Virus record (IMG/VR): IMGVR_UViG_3300015158_000001
Coordinates: 1-62,354 of that record
DNA length: 62,354 nucleotides
Reading direction: 5' to 3' (one strand)
From: a virus
Lineage: Duplodnaviria; Caudoviricetes
Made by a program: the position numbers and the translations under genes. How positions within the stretch are numbered: position 1 is the first letter of the stretch; every line of letters starts with the position of its first letter. Shown piece by piece: positions 28,479 to 39,021 of this stretch. The notes under the pieces are model-generated. The model saw only the letters and a list, made by a program, of their open reading frames with translations, was not told the DNA's origin and ran no database searches.

Positions 28479-30119
28479 ATGACCGCCAAATCGATCAAGC
28501 ATAAATTTGCATCCGGCGTCGCCGACGGCGCCGACGCGACTGTTGTGCGCCCGTCGAACTGGAACGACGATCACAACTTCTTTCTCGGCATCAATGCGCA
28601 GACCGGCACCAGCTATACGTTCGCCGACGGCGACGATTGGTGTTTGGTCACCTTCAACAACGCCTCCGCGATAGCGGCCTCGCTACCCCAAGCCGGTGCC
28701 AGCAGCCAGTTCATCAGCGGCCACATTATCTTCGCTCGCAATCTCGGCGCCGGCGCGGTCACAATCACGCCCGCAACATCGACGATCGACGGCGCGGCAA
28801 CCCTGGTACTGGCGCAGGGGCAAAGCGCGATTATCATTTCGGACGGCGCCAACTACACCACGCTGCCCATGGCGAGCGTGACGAATATCGCGCTGTTGGG
28901 AACGCCGACCGCGCCAACCGCGGCGAGCAGCACCAACACCACGCAAATTGCCAGCACGGCGTTTGTACAGAACTTGCTCGCGGCCGGCCTTGCCACGTTC
29001 ATTTCTGTGGTCGGCAGTGCGGCGTCTCCCGCAAACTCATTCGCGGGGCGCACCAGCGACGGGATGTATTCGCCCGCGAGCGCTGCGCTCGGGTTTTCGA
29101 CCGGCGGCACCGAACGCACTCGGATCACCAGCACGGTGTTCTCCGTCGGCGTCGCAGGCACGACCAACCCCGCGTTCCAGGTCGACTATTCGGCGGGATC
29201 GGCCGCGACCGGCATCAAGATCGCTGCGGCAGCGGCGGCCAGCGGTGTTGCGATTTCTGTGCTCTCATCGGGCACGAATGAAAACTTGAGCATCGACGCC
29301 AAAGGCACCGGCACCCTCACGCTGCAGGGCACGGCCACCGGCGCGATCACGCTGACCCGCGCCACGACCTTAAGCGCCGCGTTGACCTATGGCGGCGTTG
29401 CGCTTTCCAATGCCGTCACCGGCACCGGCAACATGGTGCTGTCTGCGAACCAGACGCTGACGGGAACGCTGACGGCGGCGATTGTCACCGCGTCCGGTGT
29501 GATCTCGACCACTGACACCACGGCCTCCTCGTCCACCACGACCGGTTCGGGCAAGTTCGCGGGCGGCATCGGCGTCGCAGGCGCGGCCTACATCGGCGGC
29601 GTCGTTAGATTTACGAGCGGCAACGCGAACCTACTTGTGCTCGGAGGAACAACTCCCGGCACGACGAGCCTGATCGAATGCCAATACTCCAGCGTTTTGA
29701 CCAACGGCATGGCGATGATCGATTCCTATACGGGGGCGAACACAAACCTCGTGATGTATATCCAGCGCAACGGAACGCAGGTGGGCGGCATCACGACGAC
29801 TGCGACGACGACGGCTTTCAACACATCATCAGACAAGACGCTGAAGACCGACGGGCAACCGCTCGATCCAGCTCGCGTCCGGGGCATCATCGACCGCAGC
29901 GAGATTTGGGATTTCGCCTGGAAAAAGACCGGGGAACGCGGCATTGGTGTTTTTGCGCAGGACGCATACCGGGTTTTTCCGGATGCCGTCACGCCGTCTG
30001 ACGAAAGAGGCGGCTGGCAAGTGGACTATTCCAAATACATGCCGATCGTGATCGCCGACGCACAGGCGACCCACCGCAGGCTCGACCGCATCGAGCAACA
30101 CCTCGGCCTCGCCGCCTAA
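28479..30119 (+). CDS. Fibre protein with C-terminal peptidase S74 intramolecular chaperone
   Basis: GTPTAPTAASSTNTTQIASTAFV fibre repeat; SDKTLK...GVFAQD...VDYSK. Confidence 0.85.
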   Translation: MTAKSIKHKFASGVADGADATVVRPSNWNDDHNFFLGINAQTGTSYTFADGDDWCLVTFNNASAIAASLPQAGASSQFISGHIIFARNLGAGAVTITPATSTIDGAATLVLAQGQSAIIISDGANYTTLPMASVTNIALLGTPTAPTAASSTNTTQIASTAFVQNLLAAGLATFISVVGSAASPANSFAGRTSDGMYSPASAALGFSTGGTERTRITSTVFSVGVAGTTNPAFQVDYSAGSAATGIKIAAAAAASGVAISVLSSGTNENLSIDAKGTGTLTLQGTATGAITLTRATTLSAALTYGGVALSNAVTGTGNMVLSANQTLTGTLTAAIVTASGVISTTDTTASSSTTTGSGKFAGGIGVAGAAYIGGVVRFTSGNANLLVLGGTTPGTTSLIECQYSSVLTNGMAMIDSYTGANTNLVMYIQRNGTQVGGITTTATTTAFNTSSDKTLKTDGQPLDPARVRGIIDRSEIWDFAWKKTGERGIGVFAQDAYRVFPDAVTPSDERGGWQVDYSKYMPIVIADAQATHRRLDRIEQHLGLAA

Positions 30120-30131
30120 CAGGAGCACGCT

Positions 30132-30446
30132 ATGCCAGTCTCACTCGGTCCGGTCTCCGCGACCAAGAAGCAATCCATCGCGCGCGTCGAGCTGTTCACC
30201 GATGCGCACCTTGCGTCCGACGACTGGCGCCTGACCGCGCACTTCGAGGATGGGCTCTACGACGCCAACGGTGCGTTGATCGGGCAGACACAGTTCGGGA
30301 CGCGCGAGGTGACGCGCCGGTTCGGCGCCATCAAGACCGAAAGCGTCTCGGCGGCCGGTGCCACCGTGACCATCGCGCAACTCGCGGCGCTGATTGCGGC
30401 CGCGTCCTACGCGTTCCGTCAGCAGGACATCGACGCCGCCGCGTAA
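30132..30446 (+). CDS. fibre-associated protein
   Basis: AGGAG RBS; position after the fibre gene. Confidence 0.6.
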   Translation: MPVSLGPVSATKKQSIARVELFTDAHLASDDWRLTAHFEDGLYDANGALIGQTQFGTREVTRRFGAIKTESVSAAGATVTIAQLAALIAAASYAFRQQDIDAAA

Positions 30447-30483
30447 GAAATCGCAGCTCTGTAATCTCTGCCGTGGAACGATC

Positions 30484-30936
30484 ATGTCGCAAGCCGTCAA
30501 GCCGAAGTCGCTCAAGCTGAAGATGTCGCAGGCACTGGAGTTGTTCCAGGCCTATCAGGCATTCGGCGGTTACAACAAGACCGTCGGCGACGAAAAATCC
30601 GTGGTGGTGCCGTTCGATCTCGGCGGCCTCACGCGCGTCGCGCTCGCGATGAACGCAACGGCCCTGCGTCCGTTTGTGGAGGCGCATAACGACGCCGCCG
30701 AGGCGCTGCGCAAGCAGCATGTTCCCGATGGCTTCGATCCGAAAGTTGCAACGCCGGCAGAGCGCGGCGCGCGCATCGCCGCCATGCAGAGCTACGCCGC
30801 CGAGGTCAAGAAACTCGCCGACGCCGTGATCGACGTAAAGCAGCGGCCGATCGCGCTCGATGATCTCAAGCCGGACGTGAACCCGATCGACCCCAGCATT
30901 CTGATCCTGCTCGCGCCGGTGCTCGTCGAGGGCTGA
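30484..30936 (+). CDS. fibre-associated protein, chaperone-like
   Basis: Position; helical composition. Confidence 0.55.
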   Translation: MSQAVKPKSLKLKMSQALELFQAYQAFGGYNKTVGDEKSVVVPFDLGGLTRVALAMNATALRPFVEAHNDAAEALRKQHVPDGFDPKVATPAERGARIAAMQSYAAEVKKLADAVIDVKQRPIALDDLKPDVNPIDPSILILLAPVLVEG

Positions 30937-30959
30937 ACGTCGATTGAGCGAGGAAACCC

Positions 30960-32936
30960 ATGCCAGCCGGTTTCCGACCTGCCGCCTTCCAGAACACGGG
31001 CTTTCAAACCCAAAGCGGATTTGTCGCCGCGGCCGCCATGGGCGCACTCGTCGGCGAGACGGCGAGTGCGAAGAAGACAAACCTTGCCGCGGCACCGATC
31101 GCCGAAAAAGCCGGCGTCTCCTCGCCGGGGCGGATTACGCTTCGGTCCGCATCGTCGCATGGCGTAACCGGTGGCCTTTCCAGTCCGGGAAACCTGACGT
31201 TTCGTGCTGGCATACCCGCCTTGGCCGGCCGATTTGCACATGTCACGGCGTCGCATCAGATCGGTGTCCAGGCCGCAACGCGTTTTAGCGAGATCGATGG
31301 CCTTACGGTCGCGCCGGTTCGAGCGGCCCGCGTCGCCACAATCGCATATGGTGCGCGCTCCGGCCTTGCGGCGCCCGGGCGGCACACCGCGCGTTCGACA
31401 GCTTCCCTTAACGGACGCGTGCGCTGGCTCACCTATGGCGGCCTTGGGTTCCAGACCGGAGCCTTCCAGGGGAACGCGTTCCAGGTCGTCATCACCGAAC
31501 GGGTCACCGCGCGGCCCGCGGCTTCGATCCAGAGCCGGGATGGATTTTCGCATACGTCGCGCGTCACGGAGCGGCCAGCGGCCGGGTTCGGCGCGGCGCT
31601 CAGAATAACGGCAAGCTTCGGCGGCCATTTCTTTTTGGCGGGAGCGCTCGGCGCGAGGGCGTCGCATGCCGGGACGGGTAAATCCGGCCGGCGCGCTCTC
31701 TCGACGCTCGGCGTTCTTGACACCGAGATCAGCCGCTACCGCAGCGACGGCAGCGGCACAGCGACTTTCGCAGCTCGCGCGGGGCTGATCCCGACCTCGA
31801 CGGGGACCGCCTTTCGGCAGGGTTTCCAGGTCAACGCCTTCGAACAAACCATCGACAACGCGCCGCGCGCACATGAGTTTGGCCGTCCGCCGACTGTCGC
31901 CTCCACCATCAACGCCGCATCGGTGAGCAGGGTAGCCAAGAAAGCAGCGCCGCCGTCCTTTGCCACCCGCGAGGCGAATTCCCCCTCGGGCGCGGTCACG
32001 CGCCAGGCCGGCGCCGCTCTCGGCGCAACCCAGGAGGCGTTCCGGTTTCGCTCGCTGCTCCAGATCTTCACCGGACAGGGATTGTTCGGGGTCCGTGGCG
32101 GCGCCAGCACGACCGCCCGCAACGCCGGCACCGCGCGCGCCGCGATCGGGCGAGCATCTCCAGGGATCTCCGGAACCGGGCGCCTGGGCGTGGCGCTCAC
32201 GCGAGCCCTGGGGGCGGCTGTTTCAGCGGCGGGCGTCGGAAGCCGGTTCGTTGCCGCAAGCGCACAGGTGCTTGGCGCACGCGGTACGGCGGCCGGTTCG
32301 GCGCGGACAAATCAGCGCCCTGCGGCCCATGCCGACGCTAGGGTTGCGCTTCTCCCGCAGACGATTCGAGTGGGTGCAAAGCCCGCCGGCCAGCTCGCTG
32401 CGAAAGCCGCGATCGCACCCTCGTTCGCCCGGGTGGCGTTATCGGCAAGCCGGGTGATCCTGCTGACCGCTCAGCTCCGCGGTGTGGGCAACCGTACGAC
32501 TTCGGACAGCGCCAGCCTCGGGGAACGCAACAAAGTCGCCTCGCCCGGCCGGATCACCACCAGGCCCTCCGTCGCGGTTGGTGCGGTCGCGCTCGGGAAG
32601 ACGGTCGGCCCAGTTCGGGTCAATGCCCGGCCGGTCGGTCCGATCGGGGCGAATGCCAGAATTCCAGCGAACAACACCCGTCTCGCCGCGGTCGCCAGGC
32701 AGGCGATCATTGCGAAATTGGCCACGCCCTCGATCGTGCGACTCGGGCGGTTTGCCGCAGCGTCGATCATGCGGGCGGCGCTCAAAGTTGCGGGGCTGTT
32801 TAATCCGCAGCTGATCGACCAGGGCCGCGGCGTCACGCTGAAGAACGATCATGAGCGGTTGCGCTCGCTCCTGCGGAGCGGCCCGCGCCAGCGCGGCCTG
32901 CACAATTCGCGGCCGCGCAACCGGAGCGTTCCGTAA
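30960..32936 (+). CDS. Ala/Gly/Arg-rich repetitive protein with (G/A)FQxxAFQ motifs
   Basis: GAGG RBS; fills the gap exactly; stop overlaps the next ATG. Confidence 0.6.
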   Translation: MPAGFRPAAFQNTGFQTQSGFVAAAAMGALVGETASAKKTNLAAAPIAEKAGVSSPGRITLRSASSHGVTGGLSSPGNLTFRAGIPALAGRFAHVTASHQIGVQAATRFSEIDGLTVAPVRAARVATIAYGARSGLAAPGRHTARSTASLNGRVRWLTYGGLGFQTGAFQGNAFQVVITERVTARPAASIQSRDGFSHTSRVTERPAAGFGAALRITASFGGHFFLAGALGARASHAGTGKSGRRALSTLGVLDTEISRYRSDGSGTATFAARAGLIPTSTGTAFRQGFQVNAFEQTIDNAPRAHEFGRPPTVASTINAASVSRVAKKAAPPSFATREANSPSGAVTRQAGAALGATQEAFRFRSLLQIFTGQGLFGVRGGASTTARNAGTARAAIGRASPGISGTGRLGVALTRALGAAVSAAGVGSRFVAASAQVLGARGTAAGSARTNQRPAAHADARVALLPQTIRVGAKPAGQLAAKAAIAPSFARVALSASRVILLTAQLRGVGNRTTSDSASLGERNKVASPGRITTRPSVAVGAVALGKTVGPVRVNARPVGPIGANARIPANNTRLAAVARQAIIAKLATPSIVRLGRFAAASIMRAALKVAGLFNPQLIDQGRGVTLKNDHERLRSLLRSGPRQRGLHNSRPRNRSVP

Positions 32937-33247
32937 TGTTTGTCGGTAAGGACTGGGACCCGAGCGACCCAGGCGAGAACGAGCTTTACACGCTCGACTT
33001 CGTCAACGACCTCGCCGCGAACGAGGCTATGACTTCAGCGACGTGGACCTGCGCGGCGGTGACGGGCTCCGATCCGAGCGCTGCTTCGCGCATCAGCGGA
33101 CCTGCATCGGTCAGCGGCAAGACCACCAGCCAGCGCGTGACCGGCCTCCTGGCCGGCGTTCGCTATCGCCTCCAAGCCATCGCCACGACGACGTTCGGAA
33201 ACACCGTCAGTCTCTATTCGCACGTGACGTGCCAATCGCCGAAGTAG
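32936..33247 (+). CDS. Fibre-attachment adaptor-like protein
   Basis: DPGENELYTLDF...L..GVRYRL pattern. Confidence 0.6.
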   Translation: MFVGKDWDPSDPGENELYTLDFVNDLAANEAMTSATWTCAAVTGSDPSAASRISGPASVSGKTTSQRVTGLLAGVRYRLQAIATTTFGNTVSLYSHVTCQSPK

Positions 33248-33259
33248 CGAGCCGAATTC

Positions 33260-34087
33260 ATGTCGCCATCCGATCTGTGCACGCTCGCCGATGCGAGGGC
33301 CTGGTGCGGCGTGTCCGGCAACGCTCAGGTTGACGATATTCTGATTGGCCGGCTCATCTCGGCGATCAGCCGGACGATTTGCGGATACATCAACCGCCCG
33401 TCGGTGCTGCCGCGGACCGTCACGGAACGCCGCGATGGCAACAGCCGCACACGCATGATGCTGCGGCATTGGCCGGTGAGCTCGCTGTCGGGCCTCTCGA
33501 TCGACGGGGCTGCGACCCCCGCTGCGACCCCGGGAGCATCGCCGAGCGGCTGGCTGCTCGATCCCTGGGACGGAATGCCGCCCGGCCGCCCGCAGTCGAT
33601 CGACCTGTTCGGCTACGGCTTCGGGTGTGGCCGGCAGAGCGTGGCGCTCACGTATGTCGCAGGCTATCTCGTCTCGGCCGAGCCGCAGACGATCCCGGCC
33701 GATGGCGCGATCACGGTCGCGGCGCCGTTCGGTCCGTGGGCCTCGGACATGGGCGTGACGCTCGCGACCGGGGCAGTGCTCACCGCGGTCGCGACGGGGG
33801 CCACCCCGACCGCGGGGCAATATGCGCTCCTGGGCGACAGTCCCGGCAAATACCAGTTCGCCACCGCGGACGCCGGGCACGCGCTGCTGATCTCGTACGG
33901 CTTTATCCCGTTCGATCTCTACCAGGCCTGCGCCGAGCAAGTGGCGGAGCGCTACGCCTACAAGAGCCGCATCGGGCACGTCTCGAAGTCGTTGGGCGGG
34001 CAGGAAACCATGTCCTATTCGCTTAAGGACATGAACGACGCCACGAAGATGATGCTCAATCCGTTTCGCAATGTCGTTCCGATCTGA
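33260..34087 (+). CDS. Head-tail connector (gp6-like adaptor) with insertion
   Basis: DLCTLADARAW...LIGRLISAIS...YVAGY...PFDLYQAC. Confidence 0.75.
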   Translation: MSPSDLCTLADARAWCGVSGNAQVDDILIGRLISAISRTICGYINRPSVLPRTVTERRDGNSRTRMMLRHWPVSSLSGLSIDGAATPAATPGASPSGWLLDPWDGMPPGRPQSIDLFGYGFGCGRQSVALTYVAGYLVSAEPQTIPADGAITVAAPFGPWASDMGVTLATGAVLTAVATGATPTAGQYALLGDSPGKYQFATADAGHALLISYGFIPFDLYQACAEQVAERYAYKSRIGHVSKSLGGQETMSYSLKDMNDATKMMLNPFRNVVPI

Positions 34088-34572
34088 TGCTCAACATCAC
34101 GCTCACCGGCGACCGCGAACTCGTGGCGCGGCTCGGTGCCATGCCAGCCAAGGTCCACGACGCGCTGCTGCGCAAGGTGAGCACCCTGGCGCTCAAGCTC
34201 GAGGCCAAGGTCAAGGGCAAAGTCAGCGGTGACGTGTTGAAGGTGCGCAGCGGCGCGCTCCGCCGCAGCATCTTTCAGCGGGTTCTCGATAATCCGACCT
34301 CGGTCATCGGCAAAGTCGCCTCATCGGGCGATGTGAAATACGCCGCCATCCACGAATTCGGCGGGCAGACGCCGGCGCACGACATCGTGCCGGTCAAGGC
34401 GCAGGCGCTCGCCTTCATGGCGGGCGGCAAAATGGCTTTCGCGAAGGTTGTGCACCACCCCGGTTCGAAGATGCCGGAGCGTTCCTTCCTGCGGACTTCG
34501 CTCGCCGACATGCGCGACGAGATCACCGGCGGCCTGAAAGAGGCCGTGCTGCAGGGCGTGAAGAACCCATGA
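34087..34572 (+). CDS. Neck/tail completion protein (HK97 gp10/Mu gpG-like)
   Basis: RSGALRRSI, YAAIHEFGG, MPERSFLR. Confidence 0.8.
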   Translation: MLNITLTGDRELVARLGAMPAKVHDALLRKVSTLALKLEAKVKGKVSGDVLKVRSGALRRSIFQRVLDNPTSVIGKVASSGDVKYAAIHEFGGQTPAHDIVPVKAQALAFMAGGKMAFAKVVHHPGSKMPERSFLRTSLADMRDEITGGLKEAVLQGVKNP

Positions 34573-35012
34573 CCGCGACCCGCGAGCCGATCGCGATCGC
34601 GTTGCTCGGCGTGATCGCGAAATCCTATCAATGGGCCGTCCCGCCGAGCCGGCGCGTCAAACTCTGGGACGACGCCAAGCAGCGCCCGGTCGCGTTCCTG
34701 CAGGAAAACGGCGAGCAGCGCGCCAGCCAAAGCCTTACGCTCACCAAGCGCACGCTCGAATTCAAGCTGTTCGTCTACACGGACGCGAAGCCGATCGACA
34801 GCGAGCTGCCGGGATCGACTGAGCTCAACACCATCATCGACGCGCTCGATGCCTCGCTGACGCCGTCCGCAGCCGATCTGATGACCGGTCGCATGACGCT
34901 GGGCGGTTTGCCGATCCAGCACTGCCAGATCGTCGGGCCGATCCTTATCGATGCCGGCGATCTCGACGGCGACGGCATCGCCATCATCCCGATCACCGTC
35001 CTGCTCCCGTAA
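34569..35012 (+). CDS. Tail terminator-like protein
   Basis: Position; TLGGL motif. Confidence 0.6.
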   Translation: MTATREPIAIALLGVIAKSYQWAVPPSRRVKLWDDAKQRPVAFLQENGEQRASQSLTLTKRTLEFKLFVYTDAKPIDSELPGSTELNTIIDALDASLTPSAADLMTGRMTLGGLPIQHCQIVGPILIDAGDLDGDGIAIIPITVLLP

Positions 35013-35078
35013 CCGCTCGATCAACGCCAGCCGCACGCGCCGCCTCGTGGCGGCGTTTTGCGTTTCAAGGAGACTGAC

Positions 35079-35831
35079 ATGGCTTTTACAAACAACATCG
35101 GCTTCGGCTCCGGCGTGATGTTCGGAACGCCGAACACCGCGAATGCGACGCCGGTGCGCCTCGGCATCATGCAGGATGCCTCGGTCGATTTCACGTTCAC
35201 GACCAAGGAGCTGATGGGCTCGTATCAGTTCCCGATCGCCGTCGGCCGCGGCACCGCCAAGATCACCGGCAAGGCGAAGTTCGCGCGCATCGACGCCGGC
35301 GCAATGAACAAGCTGTTCTTCGGCATGAATTCCACGACCGGCCAGATCATCACACAGGATGCGGAGGCGGGAGCGGTCCCTGGCTCTGGCGCCGCCACCA
35401 TCACGGTCAATCATGGCGCGGCGTTCGAAAAGGATTTAGGCGTCAACTATGCGACCACGGGCCAGCCGCTCGCCAAGGTCGCCTCCTCGCCGGCCGCCGG
35501 CCAGTATTCGGTCGGAAACGGCGGCGTCTACACGTTCAGCACGAGCGATTACGGCGCCGCGGTGCTGCTCTCTTATACCTGGACCGACACGGGCGGCACG
35601 CAGATGACGATCACCAACCCGGTGCTCGGCACCGCGACGCCGTTCCAGATCGATTTCTATCAGGCGAACCCGAACAGCACCCAGCAATGGGGCCTGCGGC
35701 TTTATTCATGCATCTCGGCGAAGCTCTCGCTCGCAACCAAGCTCGAGGACTTCACCATTCCGGACTTCGAGTTCCAGGCCTACGCCAACGGGGCGAACCA
35801 GATCGGCATCCTCAATCTGCCGACCTCATAA
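35079..35831 (+). CDS. Major tail (tube) protein
   Basis: AAGGAG RBS; VDFTFTTKELMGSYQFP; precedes the tail chaperone and tape measure. Confidence 0.75.
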   Translation: MAFTNNIGFGSGVMFGTPNTANATPVRLGIMQDASVDFTFTTKELMGSYQFPIAVGRGTAKITGKAKFARIDAGAMNKLFFGMNSTTGQIITQDAEAGAVPGSGAATITVNHGAAFEKDLGVNYATTGQPLAKVASSPAAGQYSVGNGGVYTFSTSDYGAAVLLSYTWTDTGGTQMTITNPVLGTATPFQIDFYQANPNSTQQWGLRLYSCISAKLSLATKLEDFTIPDFEFQAYANGANQIGILNLPTS

Positions 35832-35841
35832 GGGTTGATCG

Positions 35842-36473
35842 ATGACTGACATACCGAGTGTTCGGCTGGCCGATCGCGACTGGCCGATCCCGTTGCTGGG
35901 GATCACGCAGAACCGAGTGGTGACGCCTGCGATCATGAAGCTGCTGCCCGAGCTCGGGCGCATCTTCGCGGCGGTCAGCGCGGCCCAAGATGGAGGAACA
36001 GTTCCGCATCTTGAAATCACCGAAGAGACGTTCGATCTGATGGCAAATGCGGTGTACGCCGCGATGACACGCGGGACGCCGGGGCTTGCGCGCGCCGAAT
36101 TCGAGAACCTTCCGATATCGGTCTTCGACTTGATCGCCGCGCTTCAGGTTGTCATCCAGCAATCCGGGGCCTTCAAACAGGGTGGGGATGCTGCTGCGGG
36201 GGAAGCCCGGGCGACGGTGATATCGACTTCGACTTCATCGTCGCCGATTACTGCCAGTGCTCCGGAGAGCCCTGGACCGACGAGCTAGAATTCTCCCTGA
36301 CGATCGCGCGGATCGAGGCGCGGCATCGATATTGGGGGCGTCACCCGCCGGTTCACCTTTTGGCGGCCTCGATCGGCGCGTCGCTCGGCGCTTACAAGCC
36401 GGCGCCAGAGCCCACCAAGCCGGCGACCATCGCGGACCTGCAGGGAATGTTTCCAGGCGGCATGATCAGGTAA
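35842..36473 (+). CDS. Tail assembly chaperone G (35842-36288) and GT via -1 frameshift at GGGGGAA 36198-36204
   Basis: The -1 frame is open: GSPGDGDIDFDFIVADY...YWGRHPPVHLL...GGMIR* to 36473. Confidence 0.8.
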
Positions 36474-36477
36474 CCGG

Positions 36478-36873
36478 TCAGCGCGGCTGCGCGGAGCCTG
36501 CTTGCGGCGACCCGGCGGCCAAGTTCGCGCCCGTCCCGAGGTTGTTCTGCGTCGACGTCGTGTTTGTCAGAATGCCACGTGCGTCGAACGTGAACGTGAC
36601 GGCGCTCGACGACCTGTCGTAGCCCGCCACCAGCGGCCCGATGTATGGGATGAAGTTCTGCGGACGGGACTGCACGGCTGCATAACTATAGATCGCGACC
36701 CGCATGCCGTTCGTGGAGCTGCTCGTGGTTGTCGGTGGCCCCAATGTCCCGACCACATCGGCATAGGTCGATCTCCCGACTTGGAAGTTTTGGGCCTGCT
36801 CGTCGCTTACCTTGACGCCGCTGGCGGCACACCCGGCCAACGACAAACACCCTAAAACCAGCAGCCATCGCAT
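36478..36873 (-). CDS. BamE/SmpA-like lipoprotein moron
   Basis: Lipobox LAGC; GRSTYADVVGTLGPP...FDARGIL; antisense insertion in the tail operon. Confidence 0.75.
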   Translation of the reverse strand: MRWLLVLGCLSLAGCAASGVKVSDEQAQNFQVGRSTYADVVGTLGPPTTTSSSTNGMRVAIYSYAAVQSRPQNFIPYIGPLVAGYDRSSSAVTFTFDARGILTNTTSTQNNLGTGANLAAGSPQAGSAQPR

Positions 36874-36939
36874 CGCCAGCCCTCCCGATCCCGGGCGGAA
36901 GCTACGGCGTCTTGCGCGCCACATCAATAGGTTGTGCAG

Positions 36940-39018
36940 ATGGCCGACAATGTCAGCGTCACCTTTGGCGGTGAGATCGCCGGCCTCAAGGCCGCCGCGA
37001 GCCAGGCGACGGACCAGATCAACCAATTCGTCTCGCGAACAAAGACCAGTGTGGGCCTGCTGGCGTCGCCTTTCGAGAAATTACAGCAGTCGATCCTGGC
37101 CATTGCGGCGATCGCCGCCGGCGGCGCGGTGTTCAAGAGTTTCGTCGACGAGGCTACGACAGCCGCGGGTGAAGTTCTCAAGCTCTCGAAGTCGCTCGGC
37201 ATCAACACGGACGCGGCGAACGTTTTGCGCGTCCAGTTGCGAGGTACCGGCAACACCGTCGACGACTATGTGAGCGCATCGCTTCGCATGGATCGGCAGG
37301 TGCGGCAAAACGAAGACACGATCAAAAAGACCGGCATGGCGACGCGCGACGCCAACGGCCAGTTTCTCAACGGCCAACAGCTGATGGTCAACGCCATCAG
37401 CACACTGAAGCAATATAAGGAAGGCACCGACCGCAACATTGCGAGCCAGGTGATCTTCGGCCGGGGCGCGGGCGATACCGCGTCGCTGCTGAAGCTCAAC
37501 TCGGAGAGCATGCAGCGCGCGACGAAGGATTTGACCGAGCTAGGTCTAACCGTGACGCCGCAAGCGATGGCAAACTCCAAGGCGTACAAGGAATCGATGC
37601 ACGAGCTGGAGCTATCCTTCCAGGGCATCAAGAAGGCGATCGGCGAGGCTGTTCTTCCATATCTGACGAGCTTCGCGAACTGGTTCCGTCAGCAGGCGCC
37701 GACGATCATCACCAATATGAAGGAGACGATGAAGTCGGTGATTGATTGGGCCTTCGACACCGCGAAGGCCTTTATCGATTTCGTCCACAGCGCACTCGAT
37801 GGTGTGATCTCGCTGATGGCCGGCTGGACGCTGGTGAAATCTTCGCTCGGGATGATCGACGAGCTGGCGGCCGACACCACGATGCGCCGGCTCGCTGACA
37901 TGTCCGACAGTCTCAAGAACCTGCGCGAGCGAGCGATAGCCGCTGTGGACAGTATCCACGCCGTAGTGACGGCGGGCGGTCCCAACAGCCCGATCCCGTC
38001 ATCCCCGGCACCGGGAACGAAAAGCGCCGTCGGCCTCATCAATGACAAGGGAAAAGACGAAGAGCTAGCCGCCGCGATGAAGAACATCGACGGCCAGGTG
38101 AAGCTCCTGCGCGATGGCCTCGAACAGAAGAAGGTCATCTATCAGTCCGAAGTCGAAATTCAGAAGATCACGGAGAACCAGAAGTTTGCGCTGACGCAGC
38201 AGGCTGTCCAGCAGACGACGGCCGCCGAGATTTCGAAGCTGCAGACCGAGATGACTTTTGCCGGGATGAGCCTCGCGCAAAAGCAGGAGGTCGAGAACAA
38301 GATCAAGCAGCTGAAGGAGAAATCTAACACAGAGCTGATCCGCCTCGATTCGCAGTCGATCGCTGCCCAAAAGCAGATGTGGAGCGGCTACCTCAGTGAC
38401 ATCACCGGCGCCTTCCACTCGCAGCTGTCCGGCCTGCTCACCGGCACGATGACGTTCACGCAAGCGTTCAAGAACGCGATGCTCGATCTCACGCTCAAGA
38501 TCGTTGGCTACTTCGAGAAGATGGGCATCGAGTGGGCGGCAACGCAGCTTGGCATGGCGACGGCCGCGCAGACCGGTGCGCTCCAGCAGGCAGCGGCGAC
38601 GCAAGAAGCGATGGCGCTCACGCTGCCGGCACGCATCGCGAAGTTTACCAGCGACATCACGGCGATGAGCGCGGCGACGTTCGCCGGCATTTTCGCGAAC
38701 CTCGCGCCGATCCTTGGACCGGCGGCCGCGGGTCCAGCAGCGGCCGGGCAGGCGACTGTGCTCACCCAGCTCGCCGCCGTGCCCAAACTCGATGTCGGCG
38801 GCCTGGTGCTGAGCGACGGTTTTGCAATGATCCACCGTGGCGAGACGGTCACGCCGGCGGCCCAGGTCGACACGCCCTTCAAGGGCGCCCAGGGCGGCGG
38901 TCCGGACCTTCATTTCCACGGCCCGTTCACCGGTGGCGCGGGCGAAATGGATGTACGGAAATTCGCGAAGAAGCTACAGGCCTTCCTCGCCGTCAATCCA
39001 AGCTATGCACCGGCGTAA
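36940..39018 (+). CDS. Tape measure protein
   Basis: Long helical Ala-rich ORF after the chaperone; IHRGETVTPA C-terminal motif. Confidence 0.9.
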   Translation: MADNVSVTFGGEIAGLKAAASQATDQINQFVSRTKTSVGLLASPFEKLQQSILAIAAIAAGGAVFKSFVDEATTAAGEVLKLSKSLGINTDAANVLRVQLRGTGNTVDDYVSASLRMDRQVRQNEDTIKKTGMATRDANGQFLNGQQLMVNAISTLKQYKEGTDRNIASQVIFGRGAGDTASLLKLNSESMQRATKDLTELGLTVTPQAMANSKAYKESMHELELSFQGIKKAIGEAVLPYLTSFANWFRQQAPTIITNMKETMKSVIDWAFDTAKAFIDFVHSALDGVISLMAGWTLVKSSLGMIDELAADTTMRRLADMSDSLKNLRERAIAAVDSIHAVVTAGGPNSPIPSSPAPGTKSAVGLINDKGKDEELAAAMKNIDGQVKLLRDGLEQKKVIYQSEVEIQKITENQKFALTQQAVQQTTAAEISKLQTEMTFAGMSLAQKQEVENKIKQLKEKSNTELIRLDSQSIAAQKQMWSGYLSDITGAFHSQLSGLLTGTMTFTQAFKNAMLDLTLKIVGYFEKMGIEWAATQLGMATAAQTGALQQAAATQEAMALTLPARIAKFTSDITAMSAATFAGIFANLAPILGPAAAGPAAAGQATVLTQLAAVPKLDVGGLVLSDGFAMIHRGETVTPAAQVDTPFKGAQGGGPDLHFHGPFTGGAGEMDVRKFAKKLQAFLAVNPSYAPA

Positions 39019-39021
39019 TCG

